DNA from: Podarcis muralis
Taxonomy: Eukaryota
Assembly: GCF_964188315.1 (NCBI RefSeq)
Contig: NC_135661.1
Span: 58,528,001 to 58,592,000, forward strand
Reading direction: 5' to 3'
DNA: 64,000 nucleotides
Shown: positions 11,708 to 45,302 of the stretch, one piece after another
Layout of the letters: each line of letters starts with the position of its first letter
How positions within the stretch are numbered: the first letter of the stretch is position 1
Translations under genes and position numbers: made by a program
The notes under the pieces: generated by a model
The model's database searches: none
Told to the model about the DNA's origin: nothing
What the model saw: only the letters and a program-made list of their open reading frames with translations

Positions 11708-12749
11708 ACTGTGTACCTCCAATGTCAGAGGCTTAACACTGCAAAATAGGTCATTCAGATATCACAAAGGGGGCCATGGGCCACTTTTTTAAAAACAAAG
11801 AAAGAAACATTTTTTTTATTTTTTAAAACAGAAAAACCAACCATCGCCATCACTTAGCTTAAGTCTGCAATATAGTCCATACAAACAATGTCTGCATCAA
11901 TTTAACACAAACACTTCAAAAGCCAGACTATACAACGTGTTGTCTATAATGTGGGGTGCCGATACAAAAACTCTCATCTGTAAGTCACATTACTGGCAAA
12001 AAAATGGCAAAAAACTGCCCCACCTGCAATAATACATCTCTTCAGTACTGATTTCTACAGCCACAGCAGGCACTACAACTCTCCAAGGGTTTGACTTTAC
12101 CCCCAAAGGCACACTCCTCCATTGTTTCCCAGGAAAGAAGGGTGCCAACAATATGGTTGTCCTGACTCATGGACTACCTTCTCAGGGTCGCCAGGTGGCT
12201 TTTCAGCTTTGTGGGAGGGGCTACCAGGAACTGGGTGGCAGGGACTTACCAAGCTGCTTCTGCTTCTCCTCTCCTCCCCTTGAAGGGCAAGATGCTTCTC
12301 CAGGAGGGTTTTCCCTGCTGTGTGGCTGGCGGCCAGGGGAGGCCAGGGCAAGGTCACCTGAGGAGGAGGACCAAGAAGAGCTTCCATGTGCGGTTGTTTG
12401 ATGAATGCTGGTGAAAACTCACACGAAGTGCTTGCAGGATCAGCACCCTGGTGTATTGCTTTGCTGTTTCCCTGGCATCAGCCTACCTTCCCTGGTGTCA
12501 TGGCAACCCTTGTGTCACACTGCAGAGTCATGTTCTCGCCTGCAGAAAGGTCATTAAAGACCCGAGCGACAGAGGATCTCTGTCTTCCCTGCTGAATGGT
12601 TTCTTCCTGTGCCCTGACCTTCTTGCTTTGAGCTGAAAGGCCAGCTATGGTGGCTGGTCAGTTACTGTGGAAACTTTCAGGGTGTAGAGCTGGAACAGCC
12701 CTTTAAGAGGGAAGTCTTCTACTTGCCAGTTTAGTGTTGAACAATAGAT

Positions 12750-15890
<3,141 letters not shown>

Positions 15891-15946
15891 AATGGCAAAG
15901 GACATGCCCCAAATCAGCGGCTATTTGTTATACACGATGCCCTTGC

Positions 15947-15952
15947 AATAAA
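15947..15952 (+). terminator. Polyadenylation signal of the ferritin gene
   Basis: AATAAA 57 nt after the TGA, followed by a GT/T-rich stretch at about 15984-16010. Confidence 0.7.
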
Positions 15953-17241
15953 ACATGGATGTCAGTTGAACCCAATCAGAAAGGTGTGTGTGTGTGTGAT
16001 TTTGTGGGGGGGGGGGTATGTGGGACTTGCAAGATAATGTTGCAGCACAGAGTGCTCCTTTTCAGGAGCCCAGCTAGCCATGTAACCATTATTTATTAAT
16101 TATTATTATTATTAATTAAATTTATATTCCACCCTATACCTGCAGGTCTCTTGTTGGAAGTTTCTATTCATTACTTCTAATGCAATAATATTGCCAACCA
16201 ATAAAACTACTGTATGCACACAAGTGTGAACTTACGTTTTGTAAAATGGATTTTATTTTTACATGTTTTTTAAAAATAGTTCTTTTAAATTAAAACCAAG
16301 ATTCTCCTGTTTCTGTCATTTACGTAAATAGATGGGTGCCTGCTCCAATCAATACACCAATAACCTCACACAATTGTAGAGCTAAGTGGAACACATCAAA
16401 ACTGAAATCACACACAAATTAACACAGAGTACCACTCTGTCTACACCTCTTATGATGTCTTCTCTTCTTATATGCAGCTATCATCAGCCTAATGCCCACC
16501 AGCTGTTTTGAACTACAAGGCCTATCAGCCTCAGCCTGCAAAGCCATGCTAGCTGAGACTGATGGGCATTGACGAAGGCTGCCTTCTAGAAATATTTTGT
16601 ACCCTCTCCTGACAAAAAATGCTGGATTTGTATCATGGTGCAAAGGGATGGCCCAGTGTAAGACACCTGCCACCAAGATATGTTCCTCTGCAAGCCCCAT
16701 GAAACAAATGCTGCTTATAGGAGACTGGGACCCGTTGCTTCAATCCCAAGGTGTGTGTGTGATAAGTCTGCAATTCAAGTTATGCGTGTGTGTTCATATA
16801 GATTGTCAAAAACAATGCTCTCCTTGGGGGTGGGGGAAAATTGTTTGTGTGCTCTGTTCCTTTCCTCTTTCCTTTCAGTGGAGACATAATAGCTCTGATC
16901 TTTAACTGTGGTTAAGGCATTGGAAGTGTGGCATTGACTGCGAGGCTCCCTTTTCCCCAGCATGCATGAATTCCCTTCTTCATCCCATGGTTTGGTTTAA
17001 CCAGCAGCAGTTGGTGAGGCAGTGCAGGTGGGGTATCTTGGTTCTCCTGGCCTGCCAACACAGCAGGTCACTGTGGAGAGGGGAGGACTGAGGCATAGGG
17101 AGCTTGGATCCACTGCCATGTGCCACACCAGCCCAATCTCCCCACACCTCACCCTCTGATAAGCACCAGCAACCTGCTGTTAGGAAGCCAGCCAAGCAAA
17201 CGTGCCTCACCAGCCACTACAGCTCTAACCATGGTGTAGTG

Positions 17242-17377
17242 CAGGCACCCCCAAACTCGGCCCTCCAGATGTTTTGGGACTACAACTCCCATCATCCCTA
17301 GCTAACAGGACCAGTGGCCAGGGGTGATGGGAATTGTAGTCCAAAAACATCTGGAGGGCCAGGTTTGGGGGTGCCTG
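17242..17377. mobile_element. hAT-type MITE
   Basis: TIRs CAGGCACCCCCAAAC / GTTTGGGGGTGCCTG with a perfect 8-bp TSD GTGTAGTG. Internal palindrome shared with the copy at 10180. Confidence 0.9.
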
Positions 17378-18128
17378 GTGTAGTGTAATGTCTGAAGCAG
17401 CATTAATTAGGAATGCTAACCAGGAATTTTTTTGGTAACCCTGTTCTGGAACAACCTATCTGCTAGGGCAAACCATACCGTTGTTGGTGGGAACTAACAC
17501 ATGAACAAGAGAAGAGGAAGCCTGAGAGGCAGGCTTCTGCCATCTCCTAACCGCGGTTGAAGGTGACTGGGAACATTATGACAGCATCAGACTACTGTTT
17601 CAAATGGCTTTGTAAGGGGAGAGGATTTAGGCTAATTTCCTGGCAACTTCTCACTGGAGGAAAGCAGCATTTTATGGTGGGTATTTTACAATGGGCTATA
17701 AATGACAAAAGAAGCAATAGAAGAGGTAGTATTATTAAGACAGAAGAGAGTGAATAATCTTAAATCCCTGCATTTCCTGTCACTAAAGAATATTAGTCTC
17801 CCACCAGAGTAGATAAGGAATTAGAACCCAGCATTTAAAAACCACATTATAGGCTGCAGTACCAGATCATGCTTGGGCTAGTAATCAACACATGCACACC
17901 ATCTTTTCAATGCTTCCTGCTTGATGCATCAGCCTCAGTAACACAGCAGAGCTGGACATTACTCGGGAGTCTTCTATTCAAGCTGCTACATCCAACCTGA
18001 TGCTCCTCACCACTTTGGTTCATTTAGCCCTCTGCCGAGTCATTTCCAGGAGGACAAACACTTCAATTAGGATGTACAGCACTTCTGGTAGATAAACCAG
18101 GGTGATGCAGTTTTTTGTGGTACTTTGT

Positions 18129-21100
18129 TTAGATATCAATAATGACAAAGACCTCGGGTGTTTCATCCTCATGAATCTGCATTGCTGAATAGGTTATAGC
18201 TTTGACCTCTGTGCCCTGCAAGGGAAGAAAAAAGACAATTTGAGTCTATGAGCTCAGCTGCACAATGATAGGCAGAATCTCTGGTAGGTCTAAGAATACA
18301 TGAATGGAAGGGGTGATTTGTTAGCTAAGCCTGATTTGTCTCTGGGCCTCTAGTACTCAGGAAGGAAAACGACAACATTCATAACATACCTGGGGATGCT
18401 TGGGCAAAGAGAACTCTTCTCCCCACCTTAAAGAGGGAAAAAGGGTAACGATTATTACAAGGTTACTGAATTATGTCACAGTGCAGGAAACCTCTCTGGT
18501 CATTTTACGAAAGACATGTGGAACAATGATGAATGTTTAGGAAAAGAGGAGGCCATTTTGACACTCCTAGCAGCCAGAATGATTTCCCACCCAAGAACCT
18601 AGAGAGCTATGGCATACAAGGCTCTCTACTCCAGTTCCCAAATGGCCCATACCCAGGAGACAGTGCAGGGATCCATTGGAGGAACACTGTCCCACATGCT
18701 GAAGTGTGAATCAGGAATTAAGAAGGCCAAGACAGCTCCTGGCATCTTCAAAGGCCTCCATTTCTTCTTCAGAACCAGGGATTAGTTTGAGCCCTTACAG
18801 CAAAGCAACATTGCCAAAGCGGAAACATGCATTCTCTTTAAAGAAAGCAAACTCTTCGCTGTCCCCATCCAGGAAGGATCCTGGAGAAGCCCATGGTGAG
18901 AGTCAGTGGGGAAATAAAAAGGCTCCTGGCACATGCAAAAGGACACCTGGTACATACTCTATGGAAACTTTCACACAGAGCCAACATGTCTTGACTCCCT
19001 GGCATTTCCATCAGCATTTTTAAATGGCATGATTCCACTTAACTCACCCAATAGATCTTATTCTGAATCTTATTCGGTCAATGTGGAGCACTTTAACTTC
19101 CTACAAAATGGGGGAGGGGAACAAACATATAATTAGTTGATTTCAAACAATTTTAATCTTTCACATAGCTCTAGTAATAACTGGAAAGGGTACCAGGTAT
19201 TTCAGTTCCTTGCAGAAAAATAAATCCCAACCATCTACACAATCTCAAGGCATATGAAAAGCAATACATTTCAGAAGTCAAAGGTGCTTCTCTTTCAGTC
19301 TGTATAACAATTTCTTTCTCCCCATTCTAGCATCTTCAACTTCTTCTATAATCTAACTAGTTTTTCAAAGAATTTCCAGAACTTCGATCCATAAACTGTA
19401 AGCACATTGCAGAGTTCACCACCCGCTACTTTGAGGAACATCATTGTCCCTTCTTTTCTGTTGTTGACTATCAAGCCTGGAGAAGACTTCGGTGAAAGTT
19501 GAATGCTGGCTCCCTGCTTTATGATTACAGTTGGTGCTAATAAGGATAGTACAGTAATGTTCCTTTTTAGATTTTCTCCTTAGTTTCTTGATGCTACCTC
19601 AGAAATTAATGGATTCAGGCAGAATGGATTCAATACCTTGGCAATGCAACAACATGTGACCAAACTGTGACACTGTGCAGAACACATTCCTATAATTGAG
19701 AAATATCTCAAGACTGTAAGGAGGAAGAGAGCCAACACTCACCCTGGGAATGAAAAACTCATTGGCGCTGAATTTATAAAGCCACTCATCCAGAAAGTGG
19801 AAGAGAAGAGACAGCATGTCATGTCCTGTTGGAGAGAAGCGGGGGGGGGGGGCATATTGGGAGCTTTAAGGTGCAGGACTCCCTCCAACCCAGTATGTGT
19901 GGCAAGCCTTCCTAATGACAGACAGATGTCAGTGTAGGCTCAAACTCCCACTCAAATCCCCTTGCACCACAGATCATGGCTCAGCAAGAGATCAGAGAGC
20001 CAACCCTTGCGTGGGGACCAATAGGACAGCTCACAAACCATGGACCGTATCTTTAGGCGTCAGGCAAAAATGTTTTTCTCTAACCAGGCCTTCAGCTTGG
20101 GCCAATTAACATTCTGTGTCTTTTTTAATGTGTTTGTGGAAGGGGTGTGCGCGTTATTGGTTTGCTTTTGTTTTTATTATGTATTTTGTGTTCTCATTTT
20201 GTATTTTTATGCAGTGAACTGCCCTGTGATCTTCAGATGAAGGGTGGTACACAAATTTAATAAACAAATAAAAAATAAATAAATGTCATGGTTTTTTGTT
20301 GTTGCTCTGCTTGCCTCTGAGACTGAACATCATCTGGATAGCTCAGTTAGTTAAAGCGTGGTGCTGATAATGCCAAGGCTGCAGGTTTGATTCCTGTAAG
20401 GGACAGCTGCATATTCTTGCATTGCAGGGGAGTTGGACTAAATGGTCCTGAGGGTCCCTTCCAATTCTATGACTCTATAATTCAAATTCTATTATTTGAA
20501 GCTGAACTTTCTGCTTGCCTGTTTCCTGCTTGCAAAAGCATCACCATTTATACTTATAGGCCTGCTATGCTGAGTTTAAGCAGTCCAATTTCAGTGAATC
20601 CTGAATAAGCACAGGCCTCAAACTATAGGGTGTTACTCTGTTATAAATGTGTTTGGGAAACAGCAAGTGACAGTTACGCTGGCAAAACAGTAAAGACAAT
20701 CATTTGCCACTGTGTTTATTAATCTGTACTGCTGTAGTTCTCAAAGCATCACCTTACCCTCTGCTTCCACCTCTACTGTGTCCAGAGGTTCAACCGTCTC
20801 TGTATCCGTCATGTATCCAAACATGGCCATGGCGCATTGTTCAAATGCTTCTTCCAAGGTATCTCCCCAGGCATGCAACCTAAAAACACACATACACATT
20901 ACAGGGCAGTAGTTATAAGCAAAGGATGAGAATGTACAAGGAAGAAACTTGCACTAAATATAGGAAAGAACAGTTGGCTCCACTTCTAACAAGTTCACTA
21001 TTTGCAGTTTAAGAATTGTCCATTCTAAGAATCCGCGTATAGTAGTCACCCTTGAAAACTTTGTACTGTACTTTGAATTTATGAATTCCTAGCTTCATCC

Positions 21101-23076
21101 TCTGCACAACTAGGAACTTCCTTTGTAGGTGGAAAATAGAGCAGCAGGAACATCCAGCACACAATAGAAGGTGTGCAGCATCAATCCCTGCTTCCCCATA
21201 TTTGTTGCTGTTGGAGCTTTCAAGAATTGTGCTAAAATATGAACATTGTGGGAATGGGGGGGGGGGCTGTGAGAGGTAATCTGCTGCAGACTCTAAGAAA
21301 TCTGGTTTGCCATTTCTTGCACTTGGCACTTTTTTGGGTATTTTTTCTTATTAACATAGAGTGATAGCAAAAATCCAAAACAGCCTTGTGCTGAAATACA
21401 GAAGCCATGACAAGAAAATATAACAACAAAACTCTAGGCATACATCTCGTTTAGAGGAGTTACAGATGGCACACCACCCAACCTACTTCACTCTGTAGCA
21501 GACAAGAACTGTGTAAAGAAGTAACGCACACACACAACTCATGAGTTAATTATATATGTTGCCATACTTCCCAGCTCTTGGCACTTTTGATGAACTGGAT
21601 CTTGGTTATATTATTATATGGAAAGGCAATATACAAACTGAAAATACTGACAACACTGTTCCCCCATTGAAATCCCTGAGGCTTTTGGGTTTTCTCATAT
21701 AACCCCATCTATTGGGATAATGCCAGATACCTTTGAAGAAAAGCTGTTGATTCAAGAGGTAGAACGTCTGCTTTGCACAGAAAAGGTCCAGATTTCAATT
21801 CCTGGCACCTCTTGGGAAAGCCAGGAAAAGTCTTTCTCTGAAACCCTGGAAGGCTGCTGCCAGTCAATGATCGCAGATGCACCTGAGCTTAATGGACCAA
21901 AAATCTGACTCAGCAGCGGACAGCTAACCCTGTTCCATGTACCTGGGCAGATTTTATCTAAGCAGCACACTTGTGCTTGTTTATACAGAAAAGGTCAGAT
22001 GTGCTATCATCAGCAATGGGGAGAATAACTGGTGAAATACGGTATTAGCAGGGTGGGAAAGTACATGCATTATGCAACCGAGGAATATTTCCCCCTTAAA
22101 AGATTATTTGGGTCATTTTGCTTTTTTTTTTTTTTTGCCTTCTCATTGTCCCTGTTAGATTGTAAGCTTATAAATAAATACTTACTGCACATCAGCAGTA
22201 TGATCCAGATCTAAATAGGGATTAAAAATATGAAAAAATATGAAGCTACCTGGGGCAACTTAAAATAATTTATTCAATTAAAAAAAGAAAAAAAAGAAAA
22301 AACTGATCTAAAAGACCAAGATAGGGAGAATAAGCAGTCAGAACAAGAATATTCTAAGCACAGTAAATTCATTTACACGTACAGCATAACAATACATCGC
22401 AAGAAGCTGACCCTTCTAGAGTGAGGACAGGGGGTGCAGCAGGTTCGTGTCACCAAAAAGAAAGTTAAGACAAAGTGAACTGCACAGAAGTATATTAAGC
22501 CCTCCACAGCAAGCAGTCTCAGATTTTATTTTCGAGAGCAAAACTTCGCCTTGTCTGCCAAGTTTCAACACGCTCTCTTAGCCTGGGGAACACCAACGCT
22601 TTACAGGAGGGCAAAACTTTCAGCATGCTGGACAAACCACAAAGTGACAGTGTGGGTCCAAATAAATAGCATTGCCTTGCTAAAGATTTTGGTTTATTTT
22701 CTCCTACAGACCCAACAGAGCTACGCTGTTTATGGGTGTGCGGAGCCAACGTTGTTGCTCCAATCCGCCGCCCCCTCACTTCTCTCTCCGGGGCGCAATA
22801 CAAGACTCCGGAGAAGAATCCCACCCAGCAATGCCCTGCAGCCTGTACTCGGCACCCTCTTCCCGCCCCCGGTTCAAGATGCACAGGCACTCGGTTTGTG
22901 GAAACTCTGGAGCTGAGCCCAGCGCTGCATTTCCACCAAAGAACTATAAATCCACGCACAGACTAAGACCGCTCAGGAATATACTCACATTCATACTTCT
23001 TATTGAGAGGAGGGTACTTCGTCTTAACGATTTTCTGGTCCTCTGTCAAGTTGTAGTCCCGGTAGTTATCTGCCAT
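18129..23076 (-). CDS. ZBTB8OS: Protein archease (RTCB tRNA-ligase cofactor), 164 aa; exons 23076-22989, 22210-22186, 20879-20758, 19825-19743, 19100-19048, 18426-18390, 18215-18129
   Basis: Spliced translation [61 protein letters not shown]...FHFLDEWLYKFSANEFFIPREVKV...WGEEFSLPKHPQGTEVKAITYSAMQ...EVFVIIDI*. All junctions are GT-AG and the 495 nt are in frame. Confidence 0.97.
20331..20483 (+). mobile_element. tRNA-Ile-derived SINE with CR1-type 3' tail
   Basis: GATAGCTCAGTTAGTTAAAGCGTGGTGCTGATAATGCCAAGG...GGTTTGATTCC resembles tRNA-Ile (GAT anticodon). Tail GTTGGACTAAATGGTCCTGAGGGTCCCTTCCAATTCTATGACTCTAT matches CR1 3' ends. Confidence 0.8.
21750..21930 (+). mobile_element. tRNA-Ala-derived SINE, decayed
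   Basis: GAGGTAGAACGTCTGCTTTGCACAGAAAAGG head plus the CTGAAACCCTGGAAGGCTGCTGCCAGTC body. Confidence 0.6.
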
Positions 23077-24892
23077 GGCTTGCTGCTTTTGCCACGCAAA
23101 ATTCAATTCACTTCCTCCTGTTAGGACAGAAGAGGCGAAAGATGGCCTCCTTCCTGCCTAAAGCATGTCAGCCGCAGCCAAGCCCGCATTTAAAGGAACA
23201 GTTCCCTTCATTACAGATCTCTCTGTATCATATTTGTATATCTGTATCCATGCTGCTTTATTAGTACTTCCCCCTCCCCTGAAAAGCGGCAATTTGAAAT
23301 TTTGTGCTTTTAATTCTTAGACCTACACATCGACCTGGCAAAAAGACAATTAAACAAGATGCTCCCTTTTCCTGAGCTATACTTGCTGTTTTTAAACGAA
23401 ACATTCAAACCTGTGTGTCCTTCAACAGCTGACTGCTGTCAAGCAGAAATTCATTAGGAGAAGCTTTTCCTGGCATATATGCCAGTGCAAGGGCAGGGAA
23501 AGCTTCACCTGCTGGATATGTGCCTGGCCTTATACAGCTGCGAAAGGCACAAGAGTGGCCTAAGAAGAAGATAGTTGACAATCCTTTGGTTCTTTTTTTT
23601 TTATTGCTAGCGTAGTAACGGTGCCATAATTTTAAGGTTGGCATGTGTATATTAATTTTATTCAGTACGCTTTCATTCCACCCTCCCAGAACCATAGAGT
23701 ACAGGATTCTTCCCTTCACAACCTGGTTATCACCACTGTAAAATAGGCAAGGCTGAATGATGGGGACTGGCACACCATCACTTAAAGGGAATTTGGACCT
23801 GGGTATCGTCAGTCCTTGTTTGACACTATTCTGGAACAAAGCAGTACACAATAGATGATCACTCTTTTTTTAATAAATAAAAATATATTAAGAAATATGC
23901 TACATGCTTTAAGCAAATCACGTTCCTCTCACTCTTTTGGTTAATCTCATATTGGAAGTACTTCATCTGTTTTGAGGTGATTATAACAAGCCCCACTATG
24001 CAATGGGCCTTACTCCCTGGATGATGTGCATATACGTGTTTACTTACTTATACCCACTTATATATAATGTAACAAATACAATTAGACCATTTTGCTTTTT
24101 TGTTGGCATATAAAGGGCAGGCATAAATACACAAAGCACCTGACGAAATTTATTTTATTTCTATGTGCCAAAGCACTTGTGAAGTTGGGCATTTTATGAT
24201 GTTAGCTGCTCTGAGCCCAGCCTTGGCCGGGGAAGGCAGGATACAAATAAAAATTTATTATTATTATTTTTAGATTGTTACTCCCATTTTATAAGTGGGA
24301 GTGCGGAAGCAGCCACATGTACCTCAAAAGCCAATAACATTCAGTAGATTTTTTTCAGCTATCACATTTCCCTAATCTCAGCCCAAAAGGCAATGTTTGC
24401 TCCTCCAATCGACTCGTACAACCACCCCCGTTTCGCAAGAGCGGCCTAGCAACTCTCAGGCCGCCTAACCAAAAACAAAATGGCGGCCCCTACGGAAGCT
24501 TCGGCAAGCCACTGCCCTTCTTCCGCAACGACGAAACGTGAGGAGGGGAGGGGAGGAGAGAGCGCGTGCGCCATCCTTCCCTCAGCGAGCACGCCCACTC
24601 GGCCCCGCCCCTCCTCCCCCATTCCCGCCGTCGTGATTCGCCGAGAAGATCGCGGCGGCTGGGTCTGCGATTGGACGGAGTTGGCGCGAACCCGTCTCGC
24701 GCGCCACTGCCATTCTGAAGTGAATTGTGAAGGGGGGGAAAGGAGGAGAACTACGACGACTCAGGAAACAATAGAGGAGCGCTCAGCAGCCCAGCGCGGG
24801 GAGCACGAGGCGCCTAGTGAAGGGCGGGCTGAGTCCTGAGGTAAACTAGGAAGGCCGCGACGTCGCCGGCGCTCCCGAAGAGAGTCGGAATC

Positions 24893-33375
<8,483 letters not shown>

Positions 33376-35659
33376 ATACTTGACCCCTTCAATCCTTGCT
33401 GTTTGTTTCCTGTTGTTGTCCTCTCCCTGCCCTGTTCTCCTAAGTTTCTTGAGATTGTCAGCTGTGCCGTTTTGCGAGAGACAAACACATGCACTGTGCA
33501 TTCAACAGCCCATCTGTAGATATTATCCATCAGCCTTGCTTCTAACTCAGAAAGTGAACTGTTGCTGTTGAAAGTTGAACCTGACTTGAGCTAGCATCAC
33601 AGAGTGGCTTCTTGGTTGACAATTTTTCACCTGAAAACTCATTGATTGAGAGCTGGTGTACACAGCCTGCTACAAGAAATTTTAACATAAACTATGCCTG
33701 AATTGTTTCAGTACAAGCGTTGGTAAGATCTGAATGTTTTCTACTGAGGGGAATTTTAGAGTAGAAGCTTCTCTCTATTTTATTTTTATTGGTCCCTCCT
33801 GATAAAAGAATATGTTTAGAGCTTTAGCTCTAGTCTTGTTTCAGATACAGATAAATCCAGTGCAGGGTCACCTATTCTTAACTTTGTTTCTAGCTGCTGT
33901 CCTTGATTAGAGTAAGTCGGTCTGTCCAGATAATGCCTGAGTTTTCTTCATAATACTTTGGTCCTTCTATCCTTTTCTGATGGGGCAACTTAGGATGTGG
34001 ATATGAATATGGTAGTCACCTATAACTGCACATTACTTTGCCCTCTTGTGTGTTTCTTGAACTGTGTTCTATTATCTTTCCTTTCTGTGGTTTTTTTTTT
34101 AACTGGGGGGACCACCAAGTTATGAAAGTGTTTGTTTTCAGCTGATATATGTAATAAAGACTGATATAAAGAATGATTACATGATATTTCACCTTGTATC
34201 AGCACATCTCCTGTGAGGGTGAACTGTTCCACCAGCAGCCCATTTAACTTTCCATGAACCATACAAGTGCTTCAGATTAAATAAATTTGGTTTTCTATGT
34301 GGGATGTGATTGTCTTTTCTTTTTAAAAATATCGACACTTTTAAGTTTTCTGGAACCAAAGTGGTGGCTTAATTGTGCGGCTTCTAAATTGTTAATGAAG
34401 TACAGTTATGCTAAAGAATGGAACGGAATGATACATTATGAAGTTGAAATCTTGAAATACATGGAAATCACTTTGCAACTGGCAATGAGAGTATGATGTA
34501 AAATTGTAGAACTTGCTGCTGCCTGTGTTTTGAGGAGGGTTGAGAGTGGTGAGCTGCCTGTTGAAAGAACCAATTTGATATGATCTGCTAAAATAATACA
34601 ATAAGCTGGCCACCGGAAAGCGCTGGGTATGTATCATTTAGTAGTTTGCAGCTGGAGATGTTTAGGTAACTCCTTTCCAGGTTAAAGTTGATTCCTACAG
34701 GTGTCTCTGGTTCTTGTTTCAAACTGGATTTCCTTTGCCAGCTCAACTCTCTGAAATACCCTCCACCCTGGGCTGGATGTCAGAACCTCTCAGTTTTCAT
34801 TCCCACCCAGCAGTTCTTGCTTGAAGGCATTCAGTAAACTTGTCATTTTTTCCACCTACCTGACACTGTTGAGATGCAGAAGGAAGGCTTGTGCCCAAAT
34901 CTCCTGACACTGTAGGCCTAACTTTGTACTTTGGCTTGGATGCTGTGTCAGTGGGAGAATGGAAGTAATGCAGTTACTTTGGCCCCAGTGGTTCACATCA
35001 TGGTCGTCACCTTTTACAGGTTTTATACATAACAGTCAATAGCGCTCCACTAGTGTATGTTGCAGGTCCTTTTATCCTAAGTGTAGAACTTAGAATTGGG
35101 TAGTGTAGAATAGTGTAGAATAAAGTGTAGAATAGGGATGACTATTCACCTGCAGTCTTCTTAAGTGGATTTTCAGTCTGTTGAACCCTGTTGCTATGTT
35201 ATCAAAACAACACTGATTTTTCATCCATTAATAGCAAAATGCTCTATGTGCGTATAAAAAAGCATTTAATTAGGACTTCTGCTTCCTATCCATAACATGT
35301 CAAAATTACAAACTGTTGCCTAAAATAACTAAACAATCCTGTTCTCAAACAGGTTTTGTACAGAATTATAACATTAAAGAAAGGCTGATTAATGTACTGA
35401 CACGTCAGCTTTACACAAACCTTAAACTTGGAAGTTGTGCATAATGCACATCTGGTATCCTGCTGATGTGACATCTGTCCAGTGTAACTACCAGGTTTCT
35501 GACCATTTGCAGCCCTTTTTATAATAATAAAGATGCAAACCATCATAGTTTTGCTTATTGGCTGTGTCATCAGATGGAGAGGATGTACTATCATTCCCAC
35601 TAAAGAGACAGCAAGTAAGTAAGGAAGGGGAAGGGTGTCCATGCTTATAAATCCATGAT

Positions 35660-44211
<8,552 letters not shown>

Positions 44212-44507
44212 TTAGATTCCTCCCCCAACTTCTCACCATATACCCCAGCTGTTCCCCTAGAACAATGTTTCTCATAGTGTGGTACATATACCCCCAGTGG
44301 TACACAAAAGGTTTTCAAAGGGTACATGGCATACATTTTTATTTTGCTTTTTACCAGAGTTTTTTTTAGCTGCAGAAAACAATTCATTAGAATTTAGTAT
44401 GAGAATGGTGTGCTGTATTAAAACTACCCCCAAAGTATCTTTGCCCAAGAAGGGGTATGCTGGAAAGACTAAACTCTCAAAAGGGGTATGCAGTTATTGT
44501 AAATTTG

Positions 44508-45302
44508 GGCAGGTGTGGAGGATTCCCTGGTCCTGAATGGGGTAACTGTGCCCCTGAAGGACCAGGTGCGCAGCCTGGGAGTCATTTTGGACTCACAGCT
44601 GTCCATGGAGGCACAGGTCAAATCTGTGTCCAGGGTAGCTGTCTACCAGCTCCATCTGGTACGTAGGCTGAGACCCTATCTGCCTGCGGACTGCCTTGCC
44701 AGAGTAGTACATGCTCTGGTTATCTCCCGCTTGGACTACTGCAATGTGCTCTACGTGGGGCTACCTTTGAAGGTGACCCGGAAACTACAACTAATCCAGA
44801 ATGCGACAGCTAGACTGGTGACTGGGAGCGGCCGCCAAGACCATATAACATCGGTCTTGAAAGACCTACATTGGCTCCCAGTACGTTTCCGAGCACAATT
44901 CAAAGTGTTGGTGCTGACCTTTAAAGCCCTAAACAGCCTCGGTCCAGTATATCTGAAGGAGCATCTCCACCCCCATCGTTTAGCCCGGACACTGAGGTCC
45001 AGCACCGAGGGCCTTCTGACGGTTCCCTCACTGCGAGAAGCCAAGTTACAGGGAACCAGGCAGAGGGCCTTCTCGGTAGTGGCGCCCTCCCTGTGGAATG
45101 CCCTCTCTCCAGATGTCAAAGAGAACAACAACTACCAGATTTTTAGAAGATATCTGAAGGCAGCCCTGTTTAGGGAAGCTTTTAATGTTTGATGTATTAC
45201 AGTATTTTTATATATTTTTTTTGAAGCCGCCCAGAGTGGCTGGGGAAGCCCAGCCAGATGGGCGGGGTATAAATAATAAATTATTATTATTACTATTATT
45301 AT
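44508..45302 (+). mobile_element. 5'-truncated L2-clade LINE
   Basis: Open 225-aa frame with LINE ORF2 C-terminal motifs (LGVILDSQLS, SRLDYCNVLY, LHWLPVRFR). 3' UTR GCCGCCCAGAGTGGCTGGGGAAGCCCAGCCAGATGGGCGGGGTATAAAT followed by a (TTA)n tail. Confidence 0.88.

Noticed and set aside
24841-24880. 40-nt intron in the RBBP4 5' UTR (GTAAAC...GAAG)
   Set aside because: Below the usual vertebrate minimum intron length and lacks a polypyrimidine tract.
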